Below, piece after piece: positions 12,681 to 25,604 of a stretch of DNA of 64,000 nt. The notes under the pieces are model-generated. The model was not told the DNA's origin and did no database searches. It worked only from the letters and a program-made list of their open reading frames with translations. This stretch comes from Octopus bimaculoides. Taxonomy: Eukaryota. Made by a program: the position numbers and the translations under genes. The stretch covers positions 93,591,481-93,655,480 of the forward strand of contig NC_068983.1 in NCBI RefSeq assembly GCF_001194135.2, in the 5' to 3' direction. Each line of letters starts with the position of its first letter. Position 1 is the first letter of the stretch.

Positions 12681-12990
12681 TATCTGTATCATGGTATGGA
12701 ACTAACAACATATACAAAACATGTGAAGAAAACATTCTACAAGATTCTCTAGAATGTGTATTGAGCACTTTGGTGTTTTACTCTCTCTCACACACACACA
12801 TACATGCTTATTCTGATTGAATCTTCCATGCATTAACACGTACCTCCTTGCAGCAATGTAAACTTTCATTTAATCATGATATCCTTGACCTGAAGAGTAG
12901 CCTGTGGTATACACCTTGCCTGGATATTTTCCACTTCTGAGGTTCTGTTCACTTTGAAATATATGTAGCCTGGATCTTATCTACTCCATT

Positions 12991-12998
12991 CTGTAACT

Positions 12999-13033
<35 letters not shown>
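12991..13033. repeat. (TA)n microsatellite at gap edge
   Basis: Direct reading. Confidence 0.95.
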
Positions 13034-13302
13034 NNNNNNNNNNNNNNNNNNNNNNNNNNNNNNNNNNNNNNNNNNNNNNNNNNNNNNNNNNNNNNNNNNN
13101 NNNNNNNNNNNNNNNNNNNNNNNNNNNNNNNNNNNNNNNNNNNNNNNNNNNNNNNNNNNNNNNNNNNNNNNNNNNNNNNNNNNNNNNNNNNNNNNNNNNN
13201 NNNNNNNNNNNNNNNNNNNNNNNNNNNNNNNNNNNNNNNNNNNNNNNNNNNNNNNNNNNNNNNNNNNNNNNNNNNNNNNNNNNNNNNNNNNNNNNNNNNN
13301 NN

Positions 13303-13459
13303 TTTACGCCCCCGTAACTTAACGGTTCGGCAAAAGAGACCGATAGAATAAGTACTAGGCTTCCAAAGAATAAGTCCTGGGGTCGATTTGCTTGACTAAA
13401 GGCAGTGCTCCAGCATGGCCACAGTCAAATGACTGAAACAAGTAAAAGAGTAAAAGAGA
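13303..13459 (+). mobile_element. SINE family A tail, young
   Basis: CCCGTAACTTAACGGTTCGGCAAAAGAGACCGATAGAATAAGTACTAGG..GTAAAAGAG. Confidence 0.85.
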
Positions 13460-13499
13460 TACATGTATATGTGTGTGTGTGTGTGTATGCATGTATGTA

Positions 13500-13690
13500 T
13501 ATTATCATCATTATTTTACGTCCACCTTCCATACTGGCATGAGTTGAACAGTTTGTTAGGATCCAAGATGTTACATGACTACATATCATGCTTTGATGTC
13601 TTAGATTTGTTGTGGATTTTTATGGCTGGATGCCCTTCCTTCCTAATGCCAGCTACTTTATAGTGTTCTTGGTACCTTTTTCATGATACC
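13500..13690 (-). mobile_element. RTE 3' end (diverged)
   Basis: ATCATCATTATTTTACGTCCACCTTCCATACTGGCATG..GCTGGATGCCCTTCC. Confidence 0.6.
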
Positions 13691-13764
13691 AGCATTATAT
13701 ATATATATAAAAGTACATATAACATTTTACTTTATAAATCAGATCTCAAACTGAATGTTTACAA

Positions 13765-13990
13765 GAGTATATTGGTTTCAAATTTTGGTAAAGGCTAGCA
13801 ATTTCGGGGAAGGGGTTAAGTCGATTACATCAACTCCAGTGCTCAGCTGGTACTTATTTTTGTGACCCCAAAAGGATGAAAAGCAAAGTCAGCCTCTGCA
13901 GAATTTGAACTCAGAACATAAAGACAGGTGAAATACCACTAAGCATTTTGCCCATCATATAAATGGTTCTGCCTGCTCACTGCCTTATGA
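13765..13990 (-). mobile_element. SINE family B
   Basis: GGATGAAAAGCAAAGTCAGCCTCTGCAGAATTTGAACTCAGAAC. Confidence 0.75.
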
Positions 13991-14412
13991 CCATGTTAAT
14001 ATTAAATCCTAGCCATTAATTCATAATATAAATGGTATCTTTTACAATATTTTGAGATAAGGTATTGAAGGATTATTTATATGGGAATGGTAATATTATA
14101 GTTTATTTGGTTTTAGTTTTTTGCTTTTTATTTATTAAATAGATTTGTGTAATGTTCTTGGATTAAAATTATTTCTTCATGTATGGAGATTCTTACTGTA
14201 GAGTCGGATGAACATGAGAAAGTGAGGATTTATAAATCTATGATTTATAAATCATAGATACCCATTTAGGTAAAATATATCTCTTTTCTTCCTCCTACTT
14301 CAGAGTTGACTAGCAATAACACACTGAAATTTTTGAAGTATAGCTTTATGTATGTTTCTGTATTGAAGTTGAGGCAGTATCTTGGTTTATGGCAGCAGCT
14401 ATGTTATATAGA

Positions 14413-14790
14413 CACATGCATGGTTGTGTGGTTAAAAAGCTTGCTTCCCAACTATGAAGACTAAGGTTCACTCCCCCTGCATGGTAGCTTGGGAAAGCAC
14501 CTTATACTAAAGCCCTGGGCTGATCAAAACCTTGTGAGTGAATTTGGTAGATGGAAACTGAAAGAAGTCTGTTGTGTGTGTGGGTGAGTGTGTGCACACA
14601 CGTGTGTGTCTTAATATTTGACAACTGGTGTTGGTTAGTTTATGTCCCTGTAACTTAGTAGTTTGGTAAAATAGACTGATAGAATAAGTACAAGACAGAT
14701 TTAGAAATGAGTCAATTTGTTCAACGAAACCCTTCAAGGTGGTACCCCAGCATTGCTGCAGTTCAATGACTGAAACAAGTAAAAGATAAT
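14413..14790 (+). mobile_element. SINE family A
   Basis: Head, (GT)n middle and TGACTGAAACAAGTAAAAG tail. Confidence 0.8.
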
Positions 14791-15134
14791 GTATCTTGAT
14801 TATATGTTTGATATTCAGTATGACAAGCTTAGAGAAGTGGAAAAACATGGCAGGTAACTGGACTTGTATTTATTTACATTCCTTTCCATTCAAATCCTGT
14901 TCAAACCAGTTTTTGTTTTCATCTTTTTGGGGTTGATAAAATAATTATAGGTCAATCTCTGAGATTGATTCAATCAGCTACATGCTTCATTTTATATGTA
15001 TACCTTTGTGTGACTGTTAGTCATCAGTATTCAATAGAATCTGACATTTATAGCATATGCAGATCTCATGGCTTTCTATTTTTTTTTTTGTTCCTATCAA
15101 AGAATCTAACTCTGTGATTATATTTCATCTACAG

Positions 15135-15447
15135 CAGTGGTTCTCAATCAGGGTCCATATGACCCCTGGAGGCTTATATAAGATTTTGTGGTGGGGTCCA
15201 CACAAGCAAAGTAGTAAATTAGGAATCCACAGTAATATATTAAGAACCCATAGAACGATTTCACATTAGATGTATTTATTGCAAAAACCAGCTTGGTTTC
15301 TTTCTCTAATGTTTTACGTAGTTCATCTTACATGAGTGAATGCATGAAATTTTGAGAGAAGTTAATGAAGTATCTATAAAGTTAGTATCTAAACTTCAAG
15401 TAGCAATGGGCGTCCATCAGAGTAAAATAGTAACCAAAGAGGTTCGT
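15135..15447. mobile_element. hAT-like MITE (family E), interrupted by a SINE
   Basis: Starts CAGTGGTTCTCAATCAGGGTCCATATG, homologous to 58173-58562; its sequence resumes near 16200. Confidence 0.7.
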
Positions 15448-16200
15448 AGGCACAGGTGTAGCTGTGTTGTAAGAAGCCTGCTTTCCAAACACACAGTTCC
15501 AGGTTCAGTTCCACTGTGTGGCACCTTGTGCTATTTTTTTATACTATAGCCTTGTGAGTGGATTTCATAGACAGAAACTGAAAGAATCCTGCCCTATATA
15601 TATATATATATGAGTCAGCAGTGGAGGTGGATGCTCCAAAAGTGTAGATAGGTCGGGCAAAGTTCAGAGAGCTTCCATCTTTGTTGGTAACAAAGGGCCT
15701 CTCCCTCAAAGTGAAAGGCAGACTGTATGATGCCTCTGTGTGAACAGCAATACTACATGGCAGTGAAACATGGGTTGTAACTGCAGAGGAAATGTGAAGG
15801 CTTGAAAGAAACAAAGCTAGTATGCTTCGCTGGATATGCAGTGTCTGTGTGCATATATGACGTAAATACCAAGCCAAATCAGACTGCAACCTGGTACAGC
15901 TGTTTGACTTGCCAGTTCCAGTCAAACCATCTAACCCATGCCAACATGGAAAGCAGACACTAAATGATGATGATGATGTGTGTGTGTCTTTGTGTCTGTG
16001 TTTGTCCCCCCACTACAGCTTGATAACTGGTTTTGGTGTGTTTATGTCCTTGTAACCTAGCAGTTTGGCAAAAAGAAACCGATAGAATTATCAACAGGCT
16101 TAACAAAAATAAGTACTGGGGTCTAGTCATTCAATTAAAAGTTCTTCGAGGTGGTGCCCCAGTCTGGCTACTGTCTAATGAGTGAAACAAATATAAGATA
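15448..16200 (+). mobile_element. SINE family A with a nested RTE fragment
   Basis: Head at about 15448-15600, tail at about 15980-16200. Confidence 0.75.
15612..15980 (+). mobile_element. Internally deleted RTE fragment
   Basis: GRAKFRELPSLLVTKGLSLKVKGRLYDASV*TAILHGSETWVVTAEEM*RLERNKASMLRWIC joined to the RTE 3' UTR and (GAT)n tail. Confidence 0.85.
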
Positions 16201-16309
16201 GGTAAAAAAAAATGGGTGCAAAAATTTTGGAGAAAAGTCACTAAAATTTAAATCAGCATTGTTATTTTAATATTCATTTTCCTATGTTGTCATTTGCAGA
16301 ACAGATGTA

Positions 16310-16510
16310 CTGTATGGAATATCACTAATCAGCTGACTCGTAGTTTCTTCTTTGAAGCCCAGTATCCTAAGATTGAATTTCACCACTTCTTTCTAACTGT
16401 TCCTTTTACACAAGTACCTTTGATCATCAGTTCACAACACTTTTCTCCCCACTGTCATCATACATTTACATTACATGTTTCTATCAGTAAGTTCATCTCT
16501 GCTATATACA
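16310..16510 (-). mobile_element. Old RTE C-terminal remnant
   Basis: Minus strand DDSGEKxCELMIKGTCVKG..LRILGFKEETT resembles the RTE KKC..EG..GRPRK..DLR region. Confidence 0.45.
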
Positions 16511-16824
16511 TCAATTGATATCTTTAAATCCCACCCGTTCTCTCATCTCTCTCTTACACTCAGCCTTTTATACTTCTCTCATTTCTCTTCAGTTTCCACT
16601 GACCAAAGGCCATCATTATATTATTCACGGTGTTTCTAGGAGGAAAAGTGTTCTTTTAATTTAATATGTAGTTGATGATGATGATTTAACTATCACTAAT
16701 TTGTTAGAAAAAATTGATGTATACATAAATGATCTTTTATTAACAGGTATATTAAAGACCATTTAAGATTCAGGAAACATTAGTACACCTTAATATCTTT
16801 GTGATCATTGACTTATACATACAG

Positions 16825-17175
16825 CAAGGCTGTATGTACAAGCTTCCCAACAATGTGGTCTTGAATTCAATATCACTGTGTGACACCCTGAGCAAGTGTC
16901 CTGTACTATAGCTTTGGGCCAACTGAAACTGTGAGTGGATTTGGTAGATGGAAACTGAAAGAAGCCTGTGTGCACGTGCGTGTGTGTGTGTATACGCATG
17001 TGTGTGTGTGTGTGTGTTTGTGTTTTGGTTCTATTTGTGCCGCACCACCTCTTGCCATAACTTAGTGGTTCGGCAATAACTGACAGATAGAATAAGTACC
17101 AGATTTAAAATATAAGTGCTGGGGTTGATTTGTTCAACTAAATCCTTCAAGTTTAATGACTGATAAAAGTAACAT
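16825..17175 (+). mobile_element. SINE family A
   Basis: GAGTGGATTTGGTAGATGGAAACTGAAAGAAGCC plus tail. Confidence 0.75.
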
Positions 17176-17294
17176 AAACTGGTTAAGGCTGAACACTTTT
17201 AACAAGGGATGGGAGCATAAGAGATTATTCAGTTGAAAAGGAAACTTTTCACTGGTTAAAAGACTTTTAAAAAAAAAAACAAATTGTACATTAG

Positions 17295-17675
17295 GCACAG
17301 GAAGGCTGTGTGGTAAGAAGCTTGCTTCCCAACTACATAGTTCCAGGTTCAGTCTCATTGGGTGGCACCTTGGGCAAGTGTCTTCTACTATAGCCTCAGG
17401 CTGACCAAAGCCTTGTGAGTGGATTTGGTAGACGGAAACTGAAGGAAGCCTGTTGTATATATATGTATGTAGTTGTGTATCATCACTTTTCAAATAAAGT
17501 TAGTGTGTTTATGTCCCCGTAATTTAATGGTTCGACAAAAGAGACCAATAGAAAAAGTACTAGGCTTACAAAGAATAAGTCCTAGGGTTGATTTCTTTGA
17601 CTAAAAGCCCTTTAAGGCAATGCTCCAGCATGACTGCAGTCAAATGACTGAAACAAGTAGAGGAATAAAAGAATA
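17295..17675 (+). mobile_element. SINE family A
   Basis: GGCTGTGTGGTAAGAAGCTTGCTTCCCAAC head through TGACTGAAACAAGTAG tail. Confidence 0.85.
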
Positions 17676-20589
17676 AAGCTGAACATTTTCTATGTGGGAC
17701 TTGAGATGATTTAATTGGCGAGGAAACTATTCACCGGTTAAAAAGACTTTTTTTAAAGAAAAAAAATTGTACATTTGGACAAAACTAATGTAAAATCAAG
17801 ACCAGAATTCATAAACCTGATAGTTAGAGCAGAAAACTCCTGTCTTGATCTTAATAACAAACCAATAGACACTGTGTATGTTGTAGATAAAATTTTACAT
17901 CTGAGGTTGCAAGGCTTGAGTGCTTATTATAGAGCTTCAAAGAACATGGGAATATAGATGAAAAAATGTTATGAATCATTGGTTTAGAACAAAGGCAAAA
18001 TACTTAATCTACTGTAGCATTATGTTGCAGGGGTTCATCATCATCATCATCATCATCCTCACCACCACCACTTTCACCATCACCATCACTACCACCACCA
18101 CCATCATTATCATCCTTTTATCAGCTTTTCCATGCTGGTGTGGGCTACTCAGCCCAGAGGTGATTAGCTGCTATATCAGTTGAAAAGTACCCACATACAT
18201 ATTATTTAAATAATTGCTCATTTGAAAGCAAACCAAACTTGGCACTGTTTTATCTTTAGTATTGTGGGAGGAATTATGTTTATTGCATGAATTGCTATAA
18301 TTTGTGTTTGCTATGTTTGTTGGTTTAAACCAGCTCATTTGAGTTCTCTTCTTGCTTGTAATTCTCTTCATTCTCAAAAGTGAAAGATGTGAGTGCCTCT
18401 CACACAGAATCTCAGATTCTCTATTGCCATTCTACATGTATTTGAATAAAATATCAACAATTCAAGAACATTTACTTGGACTTCAAACACCTTATCAATC
18501 ATGATCACATTTCTGAAATATTCACCTATAACTATAATTATTGTGACAAACCTTTCATTTCGCTTTCCTTTCCAGCATGATCTATTTATTTTCACAAGAC
18601 TGTTTAAAGTCAAGCTAAAACTCTATCAAACACATTTTTCTTTTTAGTGGGGAGGGGTTTAATATACATGAAGTTAACTTTTTTTACTGCTTTCATGGTT
18701 GATAGTGCAAAATATAACTTAAAAGACAAGCAAATTCTCCTGGGAAACATATTTTAAGATGTTAACAGAATTTTTGTCTTCTGTAGCACAATGTATTTGG
18801 AAAGACTTCATTCAATTGATGCTTCTTTGATTTTGGACTATTTTTCTCATCTCTACTGTTCATTATCATAGATTCTGATACAATGTTTTGATTACTTGTT
18901 TGATTACTTGATATTTCCTGAGATAGGCTAGGGATTTGACATGGAGCCTTCATTTAACTACTGAATCTGCCAATGAAGAAATTAGTCTGGAATCAAACAT
19001 CAGTGTAAACAAGTTGTCTCAAAAGAATACAGACAACTTCATTAAGTTTTACTCTAGATGAGATAAAGACGAGCAACTTCAGTTTAGATTTGTCTCAGAG
19101 CATGTGACTATAACAGCAATACTTTGAATCAGAAAAATCATCAGGAAGCTAATGATTCTTAAGAGGCCCAGTTTATATTAAATATAACAAATTTTTCAAT
19201 AGCCACCAGATTTTTTTATGTTATGCTATTGTTACTGTCTTCAAATTACATATTTCTATTCAATGTACATCTAACATCTCAGTCTAGTGTCATAAAAAAA
19301 CACCTATTCACAGTTCCTCAGATACAAGTGCAAATCAATACAAACCATATATATCTGCAAATTAGAATCTTGGTTTGAACTATAGTTTAACAGTAATGCT
19401 AATGCTAAACAAATCCTGTATTACACTATGTATCAGCAATACTGAAGAGAATTGTTTTATGACTCACACCTATTTCTCATTTAATAAAACAAACATTCTC
19501 CAACCACAGAGAAGACCCAAATCCTGTGTATCAAATACACCCACTTACCTTCAATGTCTTTCAGAACATTAATTAAATAAAAATGTAATGAAACTCATTG
19601 TATGAACTCACTGGAACAACATTGAAATAAAACATGCAAGCAGTAACACTTGTTTACAAACCAGACAGAAATAATTACAAAGTCTTCTGAGGTAGCACAG
19701 CTTGCAATATAACATAGAATACACCAGTCACATCTGTGAATCACCTGTAATTGCAAAAGAAAAATACTGAAAGGTGCTTGGGTTAGTGAAAAGTACATTT
19801 TATGGCTACAGTCTGTACCAAATCACTTGTCCCTGCAACTATATACCCCACCACCCACAAACACCTTCACATATCAGAATCAGTTGAAAGCAGGAGTACA
19901 ACTCCAGACTGAAATAATTATATCTCCTACTTGATTCATACTCATACCAAAGTTAACTTATTTTGCTCAGATTCTGAACCAGACTACCAACCATCCCTAA
20001 TAAATTCTGAGGTTTAAGCACTGAAACACTGACTAAGTCACCTTACCCACCTTCATTGCTGCTGTTTATCAATACATTTTGAACAAGCATGATGATGTTC
20101 AGTAAAATATGTACAACATACTATTGTGACATACTGTTCACTTTACAACCAACTTCCCAACAAAGTAGCCTTAGATGAGAACAAAGCATACAAAGAATAT
20201 TGGTCTGTGGGTTGAGTTCAAGTAAGTCTGTGTTATTGGTCTACTTGGGTAGAGATGAACCCCACTCCCTACTCAACAAGAATTTTGAAAGTCATTATAT
20301 TTCATCCTGTGTAACTTGAGAACCTATTTGACATACTGCTCAAATTGTGAATTCAGACTGGGTAATGGTTACATCTAATTCATTTTATGAGGTGCATTGA
20401 TTGTGTTCTTGTTATAGGTTACAATATACCATATTAGCTTAGAACCAATAAAATATCTATCATAAGTGAGAACACTCTTCCTTCATATCTGAGTCACCTA
20501 TACCTCATTCTGTCGTTGCAAACAAAATAATACTACTCTTATATTTAATAAGCTGGTAAAAGGATCTTTGCAGGTTGCTATAAACTAGT

Positions 20590-20790
20590 GGAATTGATAT
20601 TACTGATGTTCACCCTTAAAATATGTTGGTTAGTGTCTCAAAAAATATGGACAGGGAAGGAATTCCAGATGGTTGTATTTCTGAGAAGGAAAGACTCAAT
20701 GAAGTGTTTAATCTGGGATCTGGGATGTGAGGCATAATAAAGGTGATGGGTTGGTCACATGGGCTTGAGATTCTGACTCAGTTATGCATA
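20590..20790 (-). mobile_element. CR1/Jockey-like LINE ORF2 3' remnant
   Basis: Minus strand IPDPRLNTSLSLSFSEIQPSGIPSL / HFIESFLLRNTTIWNSFP resembles the SF..RT..LWNSLP terminus. Confidence 0.5.
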
Positions 20791-21782
20791 TATTGATAAC
20801 CACAACAATTTAATCACATTAAGAATTTTCATTCTCTAGAAAACGATTTTTTTCCATTTTTTTTTTTTTTGTCTGGGGAGCATGAATTAGTGCCATAACC
20901 TTTGCAAGTCCTCTCATTCTGCTGAGGAAATCATTCTGGTTGAAAGATTTCAAAACAGTAAGACATGAAAGAGCAGTGACCATGGCTTTTGCAAACCCTC
21001 TGAGACTGATGAAATTGATACAATTTATGCTACTGCTTGGATAACTTCTGCAGGTCGATGTTTTACTAAAAAAGGTGAGCAATAATGAAGTCTTGGAAAT
21101 TTGCAGTTCTGAAGAAGAATTTATTGTAGTATTTAGTTTAGATTTTGGGGTCAATGAAACAATAATGATGAGAGATACATTAATATAATAATATACAACT
21201 TGTTAGTTTAGAAGAGCCAGAATCATTGTTTTAACTGTAGAAGAGATTGTGAGAAAGTTTAGAGCATTTGTGATTTAGTAACTCTAGTGTGTTGGTGTAT
21301 GAATCTTTACTATTCAGTCAGATAATTTGAAAATATCTTGCAGTGACACTGACTGTTCATTCATTTAAATAAATCTACGTCTATCTTCATTTTATTTTTG
21401 GATTTTGATAGCTTTTAATCCCCAGTGTCTTGACAAGTGTTGCTGAGAAAAGCAGCCAGATATATTGCATTAATGTCAAAAACACTTAACAGAAGGACAA
21501 TCCTTTTTCAAAACTATGTTATTATGTAGATCTTCACTTGCTTATTTCCACCAATTACTATACTTTGAAATTTCACATGAAATAACTAATCTAATTTCCT
21601 TCCTTGTCCTATGTTTCTACTAAAAATTCTTTATATTCTTATAGGCAACAGTTAAAAAAAATACCTAGATATTATATAGAGATTATTACTGCTGGACAAC
21701 TGTTCCGTGAAAAAGAAAATAGTATAGACAAGCAAAGAAATGTACAGGATTTTCTGTTAATCTTGCGTTATGCATACACACA

Positions 21783-21821
<39 letters not shown>

Positions 21822-22533
21822 ACAAATATACATGCACGTGCACACACATATATGCACACACACACACACAGAGTATAAGATAAAGAAAATGAAGAATGCA
21901 ATCGCAATCTTAACTTTTCTTAGATCAGATAATCAGAAAAGATAGGATCAGAGCCTGTGACCTATGCAAACCCTATGAGACTGCTGAGATTGATGTTGTT
22001 GTTGATTACCTTGAATATTTGTAGGTCAGTATCTGCAGGGGATAAAATGTGGTTGGAGATAGAGAAGATGTGTCATGGCTCTTGAAGTAAATCAAAAACA
22101 TAATCATTGTCTATTTTACCCCATGCTGGTATGGGCTGATTAAAGTTTGTTCAGATGATATTCTACAGCTGGCTGTCTTTCTTGATGCCATTTTATTTAT
22201 ATTGTTTTCAAGTAAGATATGTTATTCTGTGACTGTCAGATGATTTGCATATATTGAATATAAACATTACCAGTAAGTGCAGTCAATGCAAAGACATGTG
22301 GAAATAAATACATCAATGCACACACACACATACCCTACATACATTCCTGAACATACATGCACACACATGCATACATTCTCTCTCTCTCTCTCTCTCTCAT
22401 TGTAAGTGTATGATTTCTAATGTTAATACATTTTTATTTTACCATACACTTTCCACTTTTTGTGCTCTCTACCTGCTGCCTATTGCTTGACACTTACTAA
22501 CTTCCTACACTTAGAACCCTGGATTATACTTAT

Positions 22534-22534
<1 letters not shown>

Positions 22535-22604
<70 letters not shown>
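22535..22604. repeat. (TA)n microsatellite at gap edge
   Basis: Direct reading. Confidence 0.95.
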
Positions 22605-23174
22605 NNNNNNNNNNNNNNNNNNNNNNNNNNNNNNNNNNNNNNNNNNNNNNNNNNNNNNNNNNNNNNNNNNNNNNNNNNNNNNNNNNNNNNNNNNNNNNNN
22701 NNNNNNNNNNNNNNNNNNNNNNNNNNNNNNNNNNNNNNNNNNNNNNNNNNNNNNNNNNNNNNNNNNNNNNNNNNNNNNNNNNNNNNNNNNNNNNNNNNNN
22801 NNNNNNNNNNNNNNNNNNNNNNNNNNNNNNNNNNNNNNNNNNNNNNNNNNNNNNNNNNNNNNNNNNNNNNNNNNNNNNNNNNNNNNNNNNNNNNNNNNNN
22901 NNNNNNNNNNNNNNNNNNNNNNNNNNNNNNNNNNNNNNNNNNNNNNNNNNNNNNNNNNNNNNNNNNNNNNNNNNNNNNNNNNNNNNNNNNNNNNNNNNNN
23001 NNNNNNNNNNNNNNNNNNNNNNNNNNNNNNNNNNNNNNNNNNNNNNNNNNNNNNNNNNNNNNNNNNNNNNNNNNNNNNNNNNNNNNNNNNNNNNNNNNNN
23101 NNNNNNNNNNNNNNNNNNNNNATATATATATACATATACGTGTGTGTGTGTGTGTGTGTGTGGATATATATATA

Positions 23175-23895
23175 TCATCATCATCATCATCGTTTAGCGT
23201 CCGTTTTCCATGCTAGCATGGGTTGAACAGTTCAACTGGGGTCTGGGAAGCCAGGAGGCTGCACCAGGCTCCGGTCTGATCTGGCAGTGTTTCTACAGCT
23301 GGATGCCTTTCCTAACGCCAACTATTCTGTGAGAGTAGTGGGTGCTTTTTATGTGCCACCAGCATGGAAGCCAGTCAAGGCAGCGCTGGCATTGGCCATG
23401 TTCGGATGGTGCTTTTTACGTGCCACCGGCACGAGTATCACAACTCCAATTTCCATTTGATTCTCATTTTGATGTTGATGTACTTGACTTAATAGGTCTC
23501 CTCAAGCACAGCAGGCCACCCTATGATCCAAGGTACTTTTGGATGGGCTGGGGCTGGTTATGCAAAACTGGTGTAGGATACAGCTGTGAACCCACTTTAT
23601 TTGCTGGGTCTTTGCAGTCACAGCATATCTCCAGAGGTCTGGGTCTTTCGTCATTGCCTCTGTGAGGCCCAACATTTGAAGGTCATGCTTCACCACCTCA
23701 TCCCATGTCTTCCTGGGTCTACCTCTACCCCAGATTCCTTCAACTGTTTGGGAGTGGCACTTCTTCACACAGCTCTCCTCATCCATCTGTAGTGCATGAC
23801 CATACCAGCACAAATGTCTCTCTTGCACGACACATCCGATGCTTCTTATGTCTAACATTTCTCTCAGGGTGCTTTCACTCTGTTGCGTGTGCACA

Positions 23896-23898
<3 letters not shown>
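23175..23898 (-). mobile_element. 5'-truncated RTE LINE (ORF2 C-terminus, 3' UTR, (GAT)n tail)
   Basis: LREMLDIRSIGCVVQERHLCWYGHALQMDEESCVKKCHSQTVEGIWGRGRPRKTWDEVVKHDL..DPDLWRYAV; inserted in (TA)n. Confidence 0.92.
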
Positions 23899-23929
<31 letters not shown>

Positions 23930-23932
<3 letters not shown>

Positions 23933-24090
23933 TGGGTTTATTTCAGTTTCTATTAACCAAATCTATTCACAAGGCTTTGGTCGACTTGGGTTTATAGCAG
24001 AAGACACTTGGCCATGTTGCCATACAGTGGAATTAAACCCAGAATCATGTGATTAGGAAGCAAACTTCTTAACCACATTGCCATGCCTTC
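23930..24090 (-). mobile_element. SINE family A head
   Basis: CAAGGCTTTGGTCGAC..AAACCCAGAATCATGTGATTAGGAAGCAAACTTCTTAACCAC. Confidence 0.7.
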
Positions 24091-24494
24091 ACCATGTCTG
24101 TATTAGAAATTATAACTCTTGGTGAGCCTAGTTTCAAATTTGATGTCACATCTTAAATGTTCCTCAGAGTTCTTCAAATCTCCTGTGTGTTCTGTCATCA
24201 ATTAAGTTTGTTACTCATCTAGCAAACCTACATTATCTCCATATTAACTTGCATGCATATTTAGCACTCTTCCCTCCCATCTAGCTGTGAGACTGTAACT
24301 GGTGTTTAGTAAAGCTAGTATATTTAATAAGAACTGATGTATACACAACACTATACATCACACCTGTCTAGTGTATAGAATTCCAGACAGGTGTGACATA
24401 AAACTTTATGATCAGTCAATAACCATAACATTAAGTTGTTCAATGATGATGATCAACATCATCATCTTCATCATTATCATTAACATTAGCATCA

Positions 24495-24715
24495 TCATTA
24501 TTACTAGACTACAGCCATATTGGGGCACCGCCTTGAAAAACTTTTAGTTGAATGAATCAACCCTAGTACTTATTTTTTTAAGCCTGGTACTTATTCTATC
24601 AGTCTCTTTTCTTGAACTGCTAAGTTATGAGGATGTGTTTATGTCCTCGTAACTTAGAAGTGCAACAGGTGGGGGGTGCAGGACAACACAGACACAAAGA
24701 CATACATATCAGAGC
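24495..24715 (-). mobile_element. SINE family A tail
   Basis: GGGGCACCGCCTTGAA..GCCTGGTACTTATTCTATCAGTCTCTTTT. Confidence 0.7.
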
Positions 24716-24719
24716 ATAT

Positions 24720-24761
<42 letters not shown>

Positions 24762-24763
<2 letters not shown>

Positions 24764-24955
24764 TCATCATCATCATCATCATCGTTTAACGTCCGCTTTC
24801 CATGCTAGCATGGGTTGGACGATTTGACTGAGGACTGGTGAAACCGGATGGCAACACCAGGCTCCAATCTAATTTGGCAGAGTTTCTACAGCTGGATGCC
24901 CTTCCTAACGCCAACCACTCAGAGAGTGTAGTGGGTGCTTTTACGTGTCACCGGA
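24762..24955 (-). mobile_element. RTE 3' end, young
   Basis: (CAT)n CGTTTAACGTCCGCTTTCCATGCTAGCATGGGTTGGACG..GCTGGATGCCCTTCCTAACGCC. Confidence 0.9.
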
Positions 24956-25426
24956 AGAAGATTTGAAACTGCAGAGGTCTTTTAAAGATGTTTATTGACT
25001 TGACCAGTTTCACTTTTTTAGAAAAAAGATTTTCAAAAGTAAAGTGTAAGACTTTGTGTAGCCTTTGTGGTGTTAAAAATTAGTTGACATATATGTATTA
25101 AAATACAATGATAGAGTCTTTGACAATGATAAGAAAATGTTAAGAGAGGCTTTGTGTTTAAAAAGTTTACATAAAAGTGTTCAAAATAGGAAAGTTCATA
25201 ATTGTTTATAAGTTTATCAGAAATCATAATTGTTTATAAGGATATATGCAGAAAGAATTTGTAGACAGTATTTGATAGGAGAAAGCATGTTGGCTTTGTC
25301 AAAAGTTCATCAAAAATCATAAGTTTTTATAAGAATTTTAGGAGAATGACCAGCCTTTTTTTTCATCTCCAGTCTTGTATGTGTGTTTTCATATATATGT
25401 GTGTTTATATATATATATATGTGTGT

Positions 25427-25462
<36 letters not shown>

Positions 25463-25604
25463 TTTAAATTTGTTTACGGGAAACGTTTTGAAAATGCAAA
25501 TTAAGCTCCTATTCCATTATGCTGGCCACAGTCTAATGATGCTGACTAGTGAACCAGTTTTTGGGGGTTGTATCAAGCTGTACTGATATAATATAGGATA
25601 AATA

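Noticed and set aside
14303-14460. Strong-looking acceptor TCTCTTTTCTTCCTCCTACTTCAG
   Set aside because: No convincing donor or recognisable peptide, and the open frame runs into a SINE.
18762-19060. Protein-like ORFs (MKAPCQIP.. on -, ARDLTWSL.. on +)
   Set aside because: Short, bounded by in-frame stops, with no homology I can recognise.
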